A stretch of DNA of 62,943 nt, filler included, from Octopus bimaculoides (Eukaryota): NCBI RefSeq assembly GCF_001194135.2. It is 6 parts of 5 records of this genome, joined end to end, with 100 filler letters (N's around TTAATTAATTAA, not from the genome) between each part and the next. Parts side by side here need not be neighbours in the genome. Positions count along the whole stretch, not along the records: positions 1 to 31,239 come from NC_068999.1; positions 31,340 to 42,917 come from NC_068986.1; 4 more parts are not named here. One strand, written 5' to 3'. A model generated the notes under the pieces. It was given only the letters and a program-made list of their open reading frames with translations. It searched no databases and was not told the DNA's origin. Shown one piece after another: positions 24,881-37,670 of the stretch; positions within the stretch are counted from its first letter, which is position 1; each line of letters begins with the position of its first letter. The translations under genes were made by a program, and so were the position numbers.

Positions 24881-25648
24881 TATTTTAGTCTAAAAATTAG
24901 TATTCATTTCATTATTATATATGTATATCACATTACTTAATAATCAATCAGTGATTAATATATATCCTAAACATTACCAGCTTTATGACAATAATAATCT
25001 TACTTAAATTACAAAACTCAACACACACACACACACATTCTCTATTCCATGCATTTGCCTCATCCACTAGTTTTAACCATTTGCTACTCTCCTTTTACAC
25101 TCTTGCAAACAAACTCATCCTCAATTCTGTCACTTTTTTCTCTTTATCCCATCTTATACCCCGAAAATACACCCTGGCACCTCATCTCCAGCATTCTCTT
25201 TCTAACTCGAAACAGCAAGACATCTATTCATGTTACTTTATCATACTTTAGCCTCTGAACACTTGGCATGAGGCCACCACAACACAATCAAGGGATCTTG
25301 TCTTGTGGGATACTTGATAACCTTACTAGTTGATTTGAGAACCAAAATTCACTCACACACTGTATTTTTGGTATGAGGTCTCTGGCCAGATGTCCTTTCC
25401 TATCATCTAAGTGGTTGGTTGTAGGAGTGCAGAACAGCAATAGAAAAGGGTGTTGAGAGTAGTAGCTTTTAATGAAAAGTGACATGGAGTGATGACCAAT
25501 AGTAAAGATGGGTGATGATAGGGGATATTAAATATGGACAGATCCAAAGCCCTTTCTTATTACACAGGTGTCGTGATGGAATGAGGCATTAGTAGAAGAC
25601 AAAGTAGTAGTGAATTTAAGACCACTTGGTTAAGTTATATATGTATGC

Positions 25649-25716
<68 letters not shown>

Positions 25717-25761
25717 GTGTGTGTATGTGTGTATACATGTGTATATATATATATACATGTG

Positions 25762-25808
<47 letters not shown>

Positions 25809-25879
25809 GTGTATACATGTGTATATATGTCTGTGTGTGTAGTGTATGTGTGATTTATATATATAGGGGAGAATTCACA

Positions 25880-27890
25880 AAAAAACAAAAGACGAAGACA
25901 GGTGTAAACAACAAACAGATGTATTAGTTTAACGCTCGTGAAGAGAAAAAGTCTTTAACGTTTCGAGCCTATGCTCTTCCAGAGAAAGGAACACAGAAAG
26001 AAATAAGGAGAGAAAATAAAGAATGTGTAGTGGCTAGTGATCTCTCATGGTGAATGCCGGACAGAGGGATCACACAGGAGAGCTAGGAAGAAGGGGAGAT
26101 AATAAAGTAGTGGTGATTCCAACAGGAAGATGCGCGTGTGTATAAGAGAGCATGTATGTGTGTGTGGAAGAGGGCTGGGAAGTGGTCAGTGCTAGTGTAT
26201 GCGTGGTGGTGTGATGTGATGTAATGTGGTAAGGTGGTATATGGTGTAGTGGTGTGGTGGTGTTGGGATGTGGGGGAGGAAAGAGTGGGGGTAGAGGTGG
26301 GATATGTGGGNNNNNNNNNNAGGGAAGGTGGGATTTGGATCGTGTGGGGGTGGGGTTATGAGGGAGGGGTGATGAAGGGAGAGTGGGAAGGGAGAAGGTG
26401 GGTGAGAGGAAGTAGGTGTGAGAAGGAGAGAGGAGAGGGGAGGAGAGTTGAGCCCATGTGAAGCGAAGATTAATCCCTGTCCACGGCACACAGGGGTCCG
26501 GATGGCCCCTGTGCAAGGACAATCCGAACACAGACAGGTGTTGCAAAGAGTGACCGGTTGAGCAGAAATTGCGTGATACCAGGGTGTCATTGCCAAGTCG
26601 GATGTCTCGGCGGTGTCCCGCGAACCAGTCAGCCAAGTGGCGTCCCGTTTGCCCAATGTATAGAGAAGGGCTGAGAGAGCAGGAGATGCAGTAGATGAAA
26701 TTGGTAGAAGTGTAGGTAAAGGGGTCGGTGATATGATAGGGTCGATGATGGGTGATGGTGAGGAGGGTGATGTTGGAGAGGTAAGGGTAAGTGCGGCAGC
26801 GTGGGTAATATATATATATATATATATTTATAATTGTTAAAGAGGACAACAAACATTAAGGCAAGGCAGACACCTCAAGTTGTATGCAATATTATTATTG
26901 GAAAAAATAAAAAGTCTGACAGCTGTTTCTGGGATACCTCTTGAGTATGGGATATTCTGTCATCAGAGACAAATAGGGAAAATGAGAATGTTATATATTA
27001 ATGAGATGACGACATAGAGTAAAAGAATAAGGTGATGGAAAGAAAGAAGAAAAAGAAACATAAAAGTTCATAATTCAACTTTGTAAAGTTATAAAAACAA
27101 GGCCATGAGCCCTTAGGTGTAATCCTGTGTAGATCCAGGTGGGTTAAAATCTTCATATAGCAGACATTCTGAGAAAAAAGATGTGAGCATATCAATGTTC
27201 AATAACAGAATGGTAGCGGAGGTGGCTATTAAGCAGTAAAGGGAAAGGAAAAAAAAATAGAGAGGTAGATAGAGTGAGGGGTGGGGGTGGGAGGGGGAAT
27301 TTAAGGATTGGCTATAGGATAAAGTTAGGTGTATAGGTGTATGGTGTCTAAGAATTCTGTATGGGGTAGCTGAGAAGATAGGAGAAAGGATGAGGTAGAG
27401 GAAGATAGGGTAAAAAAATACAGCAAAATGAAAAGAATTTAGAGAGAGTAGTAGATGTCTGTGGTTGTCTTAAAGTCTAAAGTTGTTCGGGAGAAAGTTT
27501 AGTAGTAACTGCTTGTGTTCATTTTTAGCAATGAGTATGGGTATGTAGGTAGTCAAGAATGGAAGAGCTAGTTGAATGTTAAATTATTTATGAGTGGGAG
27601 TTAGAGTTAGGGGATTTATTGGGTTACGGTTTAAAAATGAAGGATAAATTAAAGAATTAATATTTATCTGATAGTGTGATGAAGTAAGGTAGATAGAAGA
27701 GAGGTAAGATATAGGTAGAATTAAGAGTTATAGAGATATAGAAGGGGTATGTGTTAATGATCATAGGGGTTTGTATGTGGGTGACATTCGTGAGGAGGAG
27801 CTTACATTTAGATATATGAAAGAATTTAAAAGTGCGGAAGAATTTGTGCTTACATGTAGTGAAGGCCTAGTATTTATTAAGCAGTTGTGG
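25880..27890 (-). mobile_element. Degenerate Penelope-like element (RT remnant plus GIY-YIG endonuclease)
   Basis: ORF 26070-26852 contains FTYTSTNFIYCISCSLSPSLYIGQTGRHLADWFAGHRRDI...VSRNFCSTGHSLQHLSVFGL; RT remnants NVSS..TNV and EFLDT upstream. Confidence 0.85.
26914..26970 (-). ncRNA. Minimal type I hammerhead ribozyme motif
   Basis: GUCU CUGAUGA [30 nt] GAAA CAGCUG UC AGAC: 4-bp stem I, both core boxes exact, palindromic stem III ACAGCUGU, GUC cleavage triplet; stem II base is a C-A mismatch. Confidence 0.7.
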
Positions 27891-27894
27891 TGAG

Positions 27895-27937
<43 letters not shown>

Positions 27938-28826
27938 CGAGGAGGTACCCAAAAGTAAGTGGAAACGTTTTCTGTGGGATAAGCCCCATGTAGTTCAGGC
28001 TTCCGCTACTAGAAGCCGCCCTCAGGTATCAGTCTGCTGATTGGCAAAGGCAAGTTGGGTCATTCTGTCATGCAGTGCGTCTTTGTTTCCCAGTGCTTTT
28101 CCCCTGGTCATCAATTTTGCTGATGGCTGAAATGAAGGAACAGCATGCTTCCCTGCAATTCTGTTTCCAGCTGGGAAAAAATGGCAGCTGAAACAGTTGT
28201 CATGCTTTAAACCACTTACAAGGGTGCTGCCATGAGCAAAACACAAGTTTACAAGTGGTTTTTACGCTTTAAAAATGGTCACTTATCACTTGAAGACCAA
28301 CCATGTTCAGGGCGACTGTTGACCTCCCAATCAAATGAAAACATCACAAAAATTCATGAACTGATCTTGGATGACCTTTGCCAGACAATTGATGAACTTG
28401 TTGATGACTGGTGTGTCCTGGAACTCCTGTCAACGAATTCTGAATGAAGATTGCGAATGAAAAGAGTTACAGCAAAATTTGTGCCTCACTTTCTCAAGGA
28501 CGAGCAAAAGCAGTCATGACTGAATGTGTGTCATGAACTGAAAGAACAACTGGAAGTTGATCTGGACCTTTTTTGTTTGAAGGTCATTACTGGTGATGAA
28601 AGCTGGTGGTCTGGAATTTGCATATGTGGAAGAGGTGAAGAAAAAAATTGACAGAAGCTTTAAAAGGCATAACTTTACAAAAGTTCCTAGATCAAACAAT
28701 GGAAAATGCGTCTGGACCGATGCATTGCTTCAAATGGAGAATACTTTGAAGGCAATAAAGGTGTAAAAACATGTAAAACTAAGTGAATGTTGCAAAATTC
28801 AGCCTTCCTTTGGGTACCCACTCATG
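27938..28826 (+). mobile_element. Internally deleted mariner
   Basis: TIRs cgaggaggtacccaaaa / tttgggtacccactcatg with TA flanks; MSKTQVYKWFLRFKNGHLSLEDQPCSGR, KVITGDESW, NGEYFEG. Confidence 0.9.
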
Positions 28827-28869
28827 TATATATGTGTAAGTATGTATGTATGTATGTGTGTGTGTGTAC

Positions 28870-29345
28870 ATTACAAAGATGTGGGGTGGAGTGAAAGCAT
28901 TTGAAGAGGCCAGGATAACACGAGTAAGACTCAAAAGAGATCTAAGGAAGAATGTAACAATTAAGAAGGTAAATGACAATGACCTTTTTGTGTACAGTTT
29001 GTGACAGACCATGCCTGTCTTTTGCTGAGCTCAAACCTCCTCTGTGAACGCATGGAAAACGAACCTCCACCAACTATTCTGCCTATATATCTGTGCACAC
29101 CTTTGAATGTAGTGTATGCCAGAAGGTCTGCAAATCCAACAGAGGCCTCAAAAGACATTTTAAGATCCACAAAGAGCAGAACTTATCTGCAGCTCTTCGT
29201 GGTCCAAATCGGAGGTGCAATCTATGTGGGTGTCTTTTCAGAATATTGTCTGGTTTAAAAACCCACGTCATATGCCATGATGGTGCTAAGGTGTAGGTAC
29301 AGGAGGTGGTCAAACACTGCATAAGGAGTAGACAACAACCATGTA
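28870..29345 (+). mobile_element. 3' end of an RTE-like LINE encoding three tandem C2H2 zinc fingers
   Basis: In frame: CTVCDRPC..ELK.PL*TH, CSVCQKVC..GLKRHFKIH, CNLCGCLF..GLKTHVICH, stop at 29296. Confidence 0.7.
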
Positions 29346-29960
29346 TGCATGTGTATGTATATATNNNNNNNNNNNNNNNNNNNNNNNNNNNNNNNNNNNN
29401 NNNNNNNNNNNNNNNNNNNNNNNNNNNNNNNNNNNNNNNNNNNNNNNNNNNNNNNNNNNNNNNNNNNNNNNNNNNNNNNNNNNNNNNNNNNNNNNNNNNN
29501 NNNNNNNNNNNNNNNNNNNNNNNNNNNNNNNNNNNNNNNNNNNNNNNNNNNNNNNNNNNNNNNNNNNNNNNNNNNNNNNNNNNNNNNNNNNNNNNNNNNN
29601 NNNNNNNNNNNNNNNNNNNNNNNNNNNNNNNNNNNNNNNNNNNNNNNNNNNNNNNNNNNNNNNNNNNNNNNNNNNNNNNNNNNNNNNNNNNNNNNNNNNN
29701 NNNNNNNNNNNNNNNNNNNNNNNNNNNNNNNNNNNNNNNNNNNNNNNNNNNNNNNNNNNNNNNNNNNNNNNNNNNNNNNNNNNNNNNNNNNNNNNNNNNN
29801 NNNNNNNNNNNNNNNNNNNNNNNNNNNNNNNNNNNNNNNNNNNNNNNNNNNNNNNNNNNNNNNNNNNNNNNNNNNNNNNNNNNNNNNNNNNNNNNNNNNN
29901 NNNNNNNNNNNNNNNNNNNNNNNNNNNNNNNNNNNNNNNNNNNNNNNNNNNNNNGTATAT

Positions 29961-31047
29961 ACTAGCTGGTGTACCCGCTAATTCCCAGGGGTAAAGATGT
30001 TCTATTGAAATGCCTTATTACTCTGATATAAGAAAGCAATTTTGTTATAACTGCCACAAAAGGTGTATTTTCCGTCAGGAAAAAGTACAAAAAACTGTCA
30101 GCTGGAGGAGGGAGAGATTGTTGGAGAGTGGTTTTCGGAGGATGGTGAGAAAGATTGTTGGAGGTTGGTAAAAGCGGTTGTTGAGAGGCAAAGACATTAT
30201 TCTGCTTAGCGAAGGCATCTGGAAATGTATAACTGCTGTCATTCACAGAAAAACTATTGTTTTATCATGAGAAAGGTGCTGTTGAAGTGTTAAGTGAAAT
30301 TTGGCAATTGAGGATCAAATCCACGCTATGCCTGCATGAAGCCACCACAAATATGTTGTGGAATAAAAAATCTGTCTACTGTCATGGAAAAAGTGCAACT
30401 GTAAAAATTATCGGAGTAATTGGCATTAAAAAAGTATGTATGTATAGAAATGTATGAATGAAGTCTTTAATGTTTAAGATTCAAATTAAGGAAGTGCAAT
30501 AATAATGTTTAGCAGTTCATAACTTTGAGTAGTGAAATGCACAATATTGATTGCTTCGCAAAATCTGCAGGTGGTATGGGTTATTTCCCTTGGATTGTTT
30601 AAATAAAATATTAGTAATATGTAGTAGATAGAAGGATTCATTGGAGAGGCACAATTATTGATTTTTTTCAACAATCTAAGTATGTCATGAAGTTTCCAGA
30701 CATGAGTTCTACTCATGTGTCAAATAAAGCATAAAAGTGATATTGTCTGCAAAAATTAGAAATAGGACAAAAAAAAAAATCAATATTCAAAGTAATCGAA
30801 CATAAACCATGAAATGGGTTATTTCTCTTGAGTGTTTAAAAAATAAATTTTATATGAGGTAGATATAAAGGTCTCTTCCAGGGGCTGTATCATCGATTTT
30901 TTCAACAATCTAAGTATGTCACGAGGTTTCCAGACATGAGTTCTAGTCACATGTCAAGTTTCATCAAAATCAGTAAAACGATGTAGGAGAAGTTAGCGAA
31001 CAACGCCAGAAACAAACACACACTGATTTTCCACATATGTAGTAGAT
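29961..31047 (+). mobile_element. Helentron/HINE-like non-autonomous element
   Basis: Starts actagctggtgtacccgc, ends tagtagat, internal 60-nt duplication (30663 vs 30899); second partial copy at 870-1400. Confidence 0.5.
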
Positions 31048-31205
31048 ATATATATGTATGTATGTTTATTTTTATTTATTTATGCGCTTCAGCCAAGTGG
31101 CTGTGGTCGTGCTGGAGCACCACCATGACTTTCCATCTTCATGCTGTGCTCTCTTCACGTTCCTTGCATGGTTCTTCTCTGCAACCTGATGTGTGTATGT
31201 ATATA

Positions 31206-31239
<34 letters not shown>

Positions 31240-31283
31240 NNNNNNNNNNNNNNNNNNNNNNNNNNNNNNNNNNNNNNNNNNNN

Positions 31284-31295
31284 TTAATTAATTAA
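31284..31295. other. Assembly linker TTAATTAATTAA within N-run (also 42962, 53371, 56937, 60701)
   Basis: Identical 12-mer centred in N-runs five times; encodes stops in all six frames. Confidence 0.93.
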
Positions 31296-32543
31296 NNNNN
31301 NNNNNNNNNNNNNNNNNNNNNNNNNNNNNNNNNNNNNNNCAACACACTTACACATTTACACACACGATGCACACACGCACACGTGGTCATAAATGCATAT
31401 AACTATGTATGTAATTATACATTTACATCGTATGTACATATATATACACTAGAGAACAACGGAGTCCATGCCAGTAGATAATAAAAGAGAACCGCCTAAT
31501 TAAAATTACTCCAGAAATTAATTAATTTTTTTTTTGCTTATACTTTGTTATGTTTGCATTTTTTTATACACTAAACACTCATCTGCAGAGACGAAAAAGA
31601 AAACTACACACTTAAGTCCTGTTTATGGAAAAAATGGAATGAGGTCGCTTTTGTATAAACCAGCCGGAACGAAATTAGCAGACAAAAATATATAAGAGTA
31701 TTTATTTATGATTGACCTCGTAATAAATAAATGTTACTAGGTATCAATTCAGAATGCTGGCTTTCTCATTAAAGAAGAAGCTGTCATATATCATCATAGG
31801 TGTATTAAGTCTTATATACAGTATTCTGTGTTTTACATATAGAAAAATTACTGAGAAATTCGATACGATGTAAGTATAGGCGGTATCCTAACATGGCCAT
31901 AGTCTAATGACTGAAACAAGTAAAAGATAAAAGGTATATGTTTTATATGTTGAATTATACATTTATGTATTCATAGTTATATATTGATTTCAAGTTATGG
32001 CACATTTCGAGTGGGGGGGGGGCAATTACATCGACACACGGTCCTCAAATAATACTTATTTTATCGACGATGACTTAACTGACCCAAACTTCGAGGTCAC
32101 TGTCAATAATATTCTTCTTTTAAACTAATAAATTTGTACTCTACAAAAGTACAGAGTTACCCAACAGATTAAAGTTAAATTGTTTTTATTATAAGTGAAC
32201 ACAAAAACAAACATAAGCACATATATACATTTCCAACCGAAATTTAGCCGTGTCCCTAAACAATTATAAATCGCGAACATTAGTGTATTGAAACATTAAT
32301 TAATGTCCCAAGAAATATTAATTAAACAATTATTTTAATATCCTATTAAGATATTGATTTTAATGTGCAAATATAGAAAGTGTTGCTTCCCAGCACTTCT
32401 TACAGATTTGCATGGTTATGTTCCGGACTATGCTGTCGCCGAATCGAGCACTCTCACTGCAAAAGCTTTTATAAATATACATATACATATATATATATAC
32501 ATATATATATGTATAAGTCTGTCCACGCGCGCGTATGCATGTA

Positions 32544-32764
32544 CGAGGTGATGCTGAAAGTTCCTGGTTTTTGGGTACGAGAAAATACAGAAAGATCAAT
32601 TAATTATGATTTTATTCAGCATATTTCCGGCTTCCATTCTCACACTTATTGCAGCGGTCCTTCATTTTTCTAAGCCCTGTAAAAGAACTCTAAGCCTTGT
32701 AAAAGAACTCCAACCAGGCCTTTCTCGACACCCTTAAAGCCAGGAATTTTTCGGCACTCTCCCG
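32544..32764. mobile_element. Mariner-derived MITE
   Basis: TIRs cgaggtgatgctgaaagttcctgg / ccaggaatttttcggcactctcccg with TA flanks. Confidence 0.75.
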
Positions 32765-32842
32765 TATATGTATTGCAACATTGCTCCACAACAAACTTTT
32801 GAAAATCGAATGTAACGTGTGTATATATTTATATATATATAC

Positions 32843-32853
32843 GTGTGTGTGTG

Positions 32854-32944
<91 letters not shown>
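32843..32944. repeat. (GT)n microsatellite
   Basis: Directly visible. Confidence 0.98.
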
Positions 32945-32946
<2 letters not shown>

Positions 32947-33508
32947 ACATCGTGAAGGCGCGTGGCTTAGTGGTTAAGCCCTTCCATTCCACTCGTCACT
33001 CTAATTCTCTTCATCTTCGCCTAAGCCCTGCTCAAAACAAAACTCTGAGCCCTTCCATTCCTGAAACTCAACCTTCTGTATTACCCCCCATACTCATGTC
33101 TTTCTTCTAAGTATTGACTTACGAAGGTTCATTAGAAATATTAATGGTATGAATTCCATTTGATATCGAAGACGGGCAAAAGTCAAAGACACTCCAGACT
33201 CAGGAAATAAAAGGTAAGCTTTACTCTGTCTTACTCTCAAACCTTACATGAAGCATTCCCTCACTCCATATCAGTCCTTCTCCGAACTGCAATTTATTGC
33301 AAGTGTTGTGCACGTTGTTGATGTTAATTTGGTTATTATGTCCATATACAATCAAATGCATTCCATCTGTGACCATCTCGTTGGCTTTTAAGTATATGCA
33401 TGATTATCATTGCGTAATGTTTATTTTCCTTATTTAAACAAAGTAGGGTATTCTGCTGTAATTTGAGAAAGATTCGGTTGCTATTTTTTCAAAGTTGTAA
33501 CCATACAA

Positions 33509-33511
<3 letters not shown>

Positions 33512-33601
<90 letters not shown>
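33512..33601. repeat. (CT)n microsatellite
   Basis: Directly visible. Confidence 0.98.
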
Positions 33602-33604
<3 letters not shown>

Positions 33605-34189
33605 ACTCATCTTACAGGCGCTGACCTATATAAATACCTACCGCAACGATCTCACCAGTCAAGAAGGCCCAGTTAAATAATAAAAATAAATATTCAAGGT
33701 ATGGGTGTGAAGACTTGTTTGAGAAGCAGATGTAGGTTTGGCTGCGTGGTTAATTAGTCCGATTCACTACCCCGTGGTTTCGGGATCAATTTCGCAGCGT
33801 GGTACACAAGCCATGCGTCTTTTACATCAGGGTCGGGCTGACCAATGCCTGTGGACGAAAACTCTGCGAAGTCCGTTGTACACGTTTGTATATGTGAGTC
33901 TGATACTGTTTATGCATTTGTGGTTGTCTACCAATGCTTGGCAACAGGTGTTGGTTTGTTTATAACACCGTTCTGTTCAAGGGAACGTTTTGATCTTGGT
34001 TACTTATCCGTCATGGAAACCGAATGAGCAGCTTTATATACCCTGAGACTCGAGAAATAAAAAGAGAAAGAAAAAACAGCTTACACCTTGAAACTTACTG
34101 AGTTCATACCACTTTAACTTAGATATTCTTGTTGCAATAGCAGAATATTGGCAAATGAGTCTGCAAAAATTTACAGGAAACCAGATTTG

Positions 34190-34420
34190 TAAATGAATAA
34201 ATATTGCTTTCACACGTTGGCACAAGGCCAGCAATTGTTGTGGAGAGTGCCAGTTGATTACATCAACCCCAGTGCTCGACTGGTACTTATTTTATCGAAT
34301 CCGAAAGGATGGAAGGCAATGTTGACTCTGGCAGCATTTGAACTCAGAGCGTAAAGTCAGAAGAAATGCCACTAAGAATATTTTCGGAGCTGTAACGATT
34401 CTGCCAGCTCGCGGCCCTTA
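34190..34420 (-). mobile_element. Second tRNA-derived SINE family (OR-like)
   Basis: Reverse complement of head ggcggtgagctggcagaa...ctgagttcaaat; further copies near 44400-44630 (-), 48640-48810 (+), 62620-62830 (+). Confidence 0.75.
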
Positions 34421-34717
34421 AATGAATAAATATTGGGGGAAAATTTAATCAGCTAAAGTCCTCAAGACGGTGCCCCAGTATGGCCGCAGTCCAATGAATG
34501 ATACAAGTAAAAGGATGAAGTTAAAAAGAAAAACAGAACCAATTAAAAGACCAGGTTTCGGAAAAGTTGGTGGAAGAAATATAAAAATACATCCGCCACA
34601 AAAAAAAATAATAATCATTATTATAATTATCCTTGTTCCCAAATTAAAATATCTGCAAAGTAATGAAATTAAGTTTGAGAGAAAGAGAGAGAATGAAAGA
34701 GAAAGCAGAGGAAGGGG

Positions 34718-34754
<37 letters not shown>

Positions 34755-35655
34755 AAGAGAGAGAGAGAGAGACCTTTCGACTTGTCAGACCTCTCAATGA
34801 AAGTTATCACTAAATCTAACGAGATTTATAATGGTATATAGCTTCTTTTACTAACGGACCTCCATTTTACAATTTACAGAAATGAGTCGTGTCTTTCCTT
34901 AAATTAAATATATAAAATGTTCATGTTTCTATTTATTAAATCCTATTAATGGTTTTCTCTGCTGCCTCTTCTGGGAAATGGTAGAGAAGAAGAAATACAA
35001 GAAATACGAATCTTATTCTTCGCGTTACTTTCTTTTTGTTGTTATGTACATATATNNNNNNNNNNNNNNNNNNNNNNNNNNNNNNNNNNNNNNNNNNNNN
35101 NNNNNNNNNNNNNNNNNTATGCACACGCACGCAAACACAGATACATACATTCATAAGTACATACATACACACATAATACATATATATACATATTTGTCTA
35201 TGTACAAACACATATATACATATGTTGAATTCATAGAATTCTAGTTTATTTTCATTATTTTTGTGGATAGTGCCATTTTCGGAATCTATTCTCAACATGG
35301 TGGGGTTTTGTTAATGATTCTGCTATTAACGTTTTAAGAGATGTTAGCAATCATATAAGTAATAAAGACGGTATCTCTTTTCATTTTTTAAAAATTTCTT
35401 TTTCGCTTTCGTTCTCTGTAATATATATATATATATACTTCTCATGAATACTGTCTGTTTTTTTTTTTTGCGTGTTTGTTTATTTGCTTGTTTATTTCTT
35501 TCTTTTATTTAAATTATAAGTTAGTCAATGTTTTTCTTTTTTTTTTCGTATACTTTTATTCATTTTTATTTTCTAAATTGAAATATCCAGACCTTCGATT
35601 GGTTGAATATAACTAATGGAAATTATATATAAGTAGTTATTCTGGATGCTTTAGA

Positions 35656-35657
<2 letters not shown>

Positions 35658-35715
<58 letters not shown>

Positions 35716-35737
35716 GCAGCAACAGCAACAGCAATAA

Positions 35738-35811
<74 letters not shown>

Positions 35812-35839
35812 TAATTATAATGATAATAATAATAATAAT

Positions 35840-35892
<53 letters not shown>
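35658..35892. repeat. (AAT)n microsatellite
   Basis: Directly visible; source of poly-N/I/L ORFs. Confidence 0.98.
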
Positions 35893-35894
<2 letters not shown>

Positions 35895-36098
35895 TCTTTA
35901 TATGTATTCAAATTTTATTTTAGTGGTTCTTGTGTACTTTTGTTGTCTATGATTTCTGGAGAGTTTTTCCTAAGTTTTATTTGTCTTGTTCTCTTTGGGG
36001 TACTTGGAATGGGTTTTAAGTGTCATTATTAACTGCTGAGTGTTCTCACAAATTTATCCTAATATGGATCTCCTTAATTCTAAACTACCAGTTATATA

Positions 36099-36129
<31 letters not shown>

Positions 36130-37509
36130 NNNNNNNNNNNNNNNNNNNNNNNNNNNNNNNNNNNNNNNNNNNNNNNNNNNNNNNNNNNNNNNNNNNNNNN
36201 NNNNNNNNNNNNNNNNNNNNNNNNNNNNNNNNNNNNNNNNNNNNNNNNNNNTATATATATTATTGTTGTTGTTGTTATCATTATTATTGTTGTTATTATT
36301 ATTATTGTTATAATTATTATTATTATTGTTTTGTTCATGTTGTTGCCGTAGTTGTTATCCACCTTATATATTGTTGATACGCAAGGTATTTATACTGATG
36401 TGCGAGAACTTTAATCTATCTAAATACATCTCTAATTAACGAAAGGCAGTGACAAAAACGTAGATCAAAATGATTCAATGAAAATCTAGAAAGAAAATGT
36501 TCAACAATCTTCTAATTTTGATTAATTAGTTGAGATTGTAGTGTATGTCGGTAGATAGACATTATCTCCAAACTTCTATTTTGTTTTGTGGAGAAATGAG
36601 GGATGATGAATCTTACCAATGGTGTATACTGAGTACTTTTAATACTTATGATTCTGCATACATATAGCACAACAGCAGACCTATACACACATATTTCAAG
36701 CTTTCATTAATAGCCCCAACAAATTACATACGAAAAGCGTTTATACAGTAAAATATATTCCATCATATTCTATTGTCTATTGTCTATCGCCATAGTTGTG
36801 CCAGAAACTCAAGCCACACTTATAGGATTTGGCTCTTTGCAAATCCTTTGCACCTTGGACCTTCTGGTCAAACCACCCTTGTTTGACAACAGCTTCTGAA
36901 ACCTGGCCGGAACGAAACCACTGATTTCTCTCGTCATGATTCATTTTTCATTTTCAATTACAATTCAATGTCGAAAACGAGCATCTGGGGGGATTTTTGC
37001 AAATGTTGACACGTCGTTCAGCCTTGTCATTGGTCAGTTTATGAGGAACTTCTTAATAGCGTCTGTTCGCAAGGCCGAACTTATGAAGGTGTCCACTGTT
37101 GATGCTTTGTGAAGGGTAAATGCCTAAGTGACAATCCGGATAAGCTAGGGTTTTCAGAAAAAGAAACCGACCAACTAACTTGCACATTACAAATACAATC
37201 TGTAAGAGGAACTGTAGAAATAGGCACGACTTTTCTTTTGCTTAAATGTGACATTGTTTTTCTCATCACTGCATCGGACAAGGGAGCTTTATATCTTTGT
37301 TAGAGACTAGTTCCTTCCTTCTACATAGGAAGAATTCAAATATTTTAAATTAAAAACAGAAGAGAACATAAATATACATACATATTGGTCGATGAGTGTA
37401 TTTTAATAAATAAAAGAGATTCGTATCTACCTAGATAGGGAAATAGTCAGTAGAAATTGTAATTTCCTTAACATTTTATCACATTTCTCACTTTCTCTCT
37501 CATACAAAC

Positions 37510-37670
37510 ACACACCTTACCACACCCACACACCACGCACACACCCACACACCCACACACCACGCACACACCCACACACCACGCACACACCCACACACCA
37601 CGCACACACCCACACACCACGCACACACCCACACACCACGCACACACCCACACACCACGCACACACCACC
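37510..37670. repeat. 19-nt minisatellite (cacaccacgcacacaccca)n
   Basis: About seven tandem units. Confidence 0.9.

Noticed and set aside
25951-25990. Hammerhead-like motif at the PLE 3' end (minus: CUGGAAGAGCAUAGGCUCGAAACGUU)
   Set aside because: GAAA, stem II and the ACGU palindrome are present but the CUGANGA box is not canonical; probably a decayed relic, not called.
29093-29296. Host C2H2 zinc-finger gene
   Set aside because: Linkers are not TGEKP-type, the first finger has a stop, and the context looks like a LINE 3' end; treated as TE-derived.
29306-29994. ORFs over 200 aa made of X (also 53870-54676)
   Set aside because: They span N gaps; artefacts.
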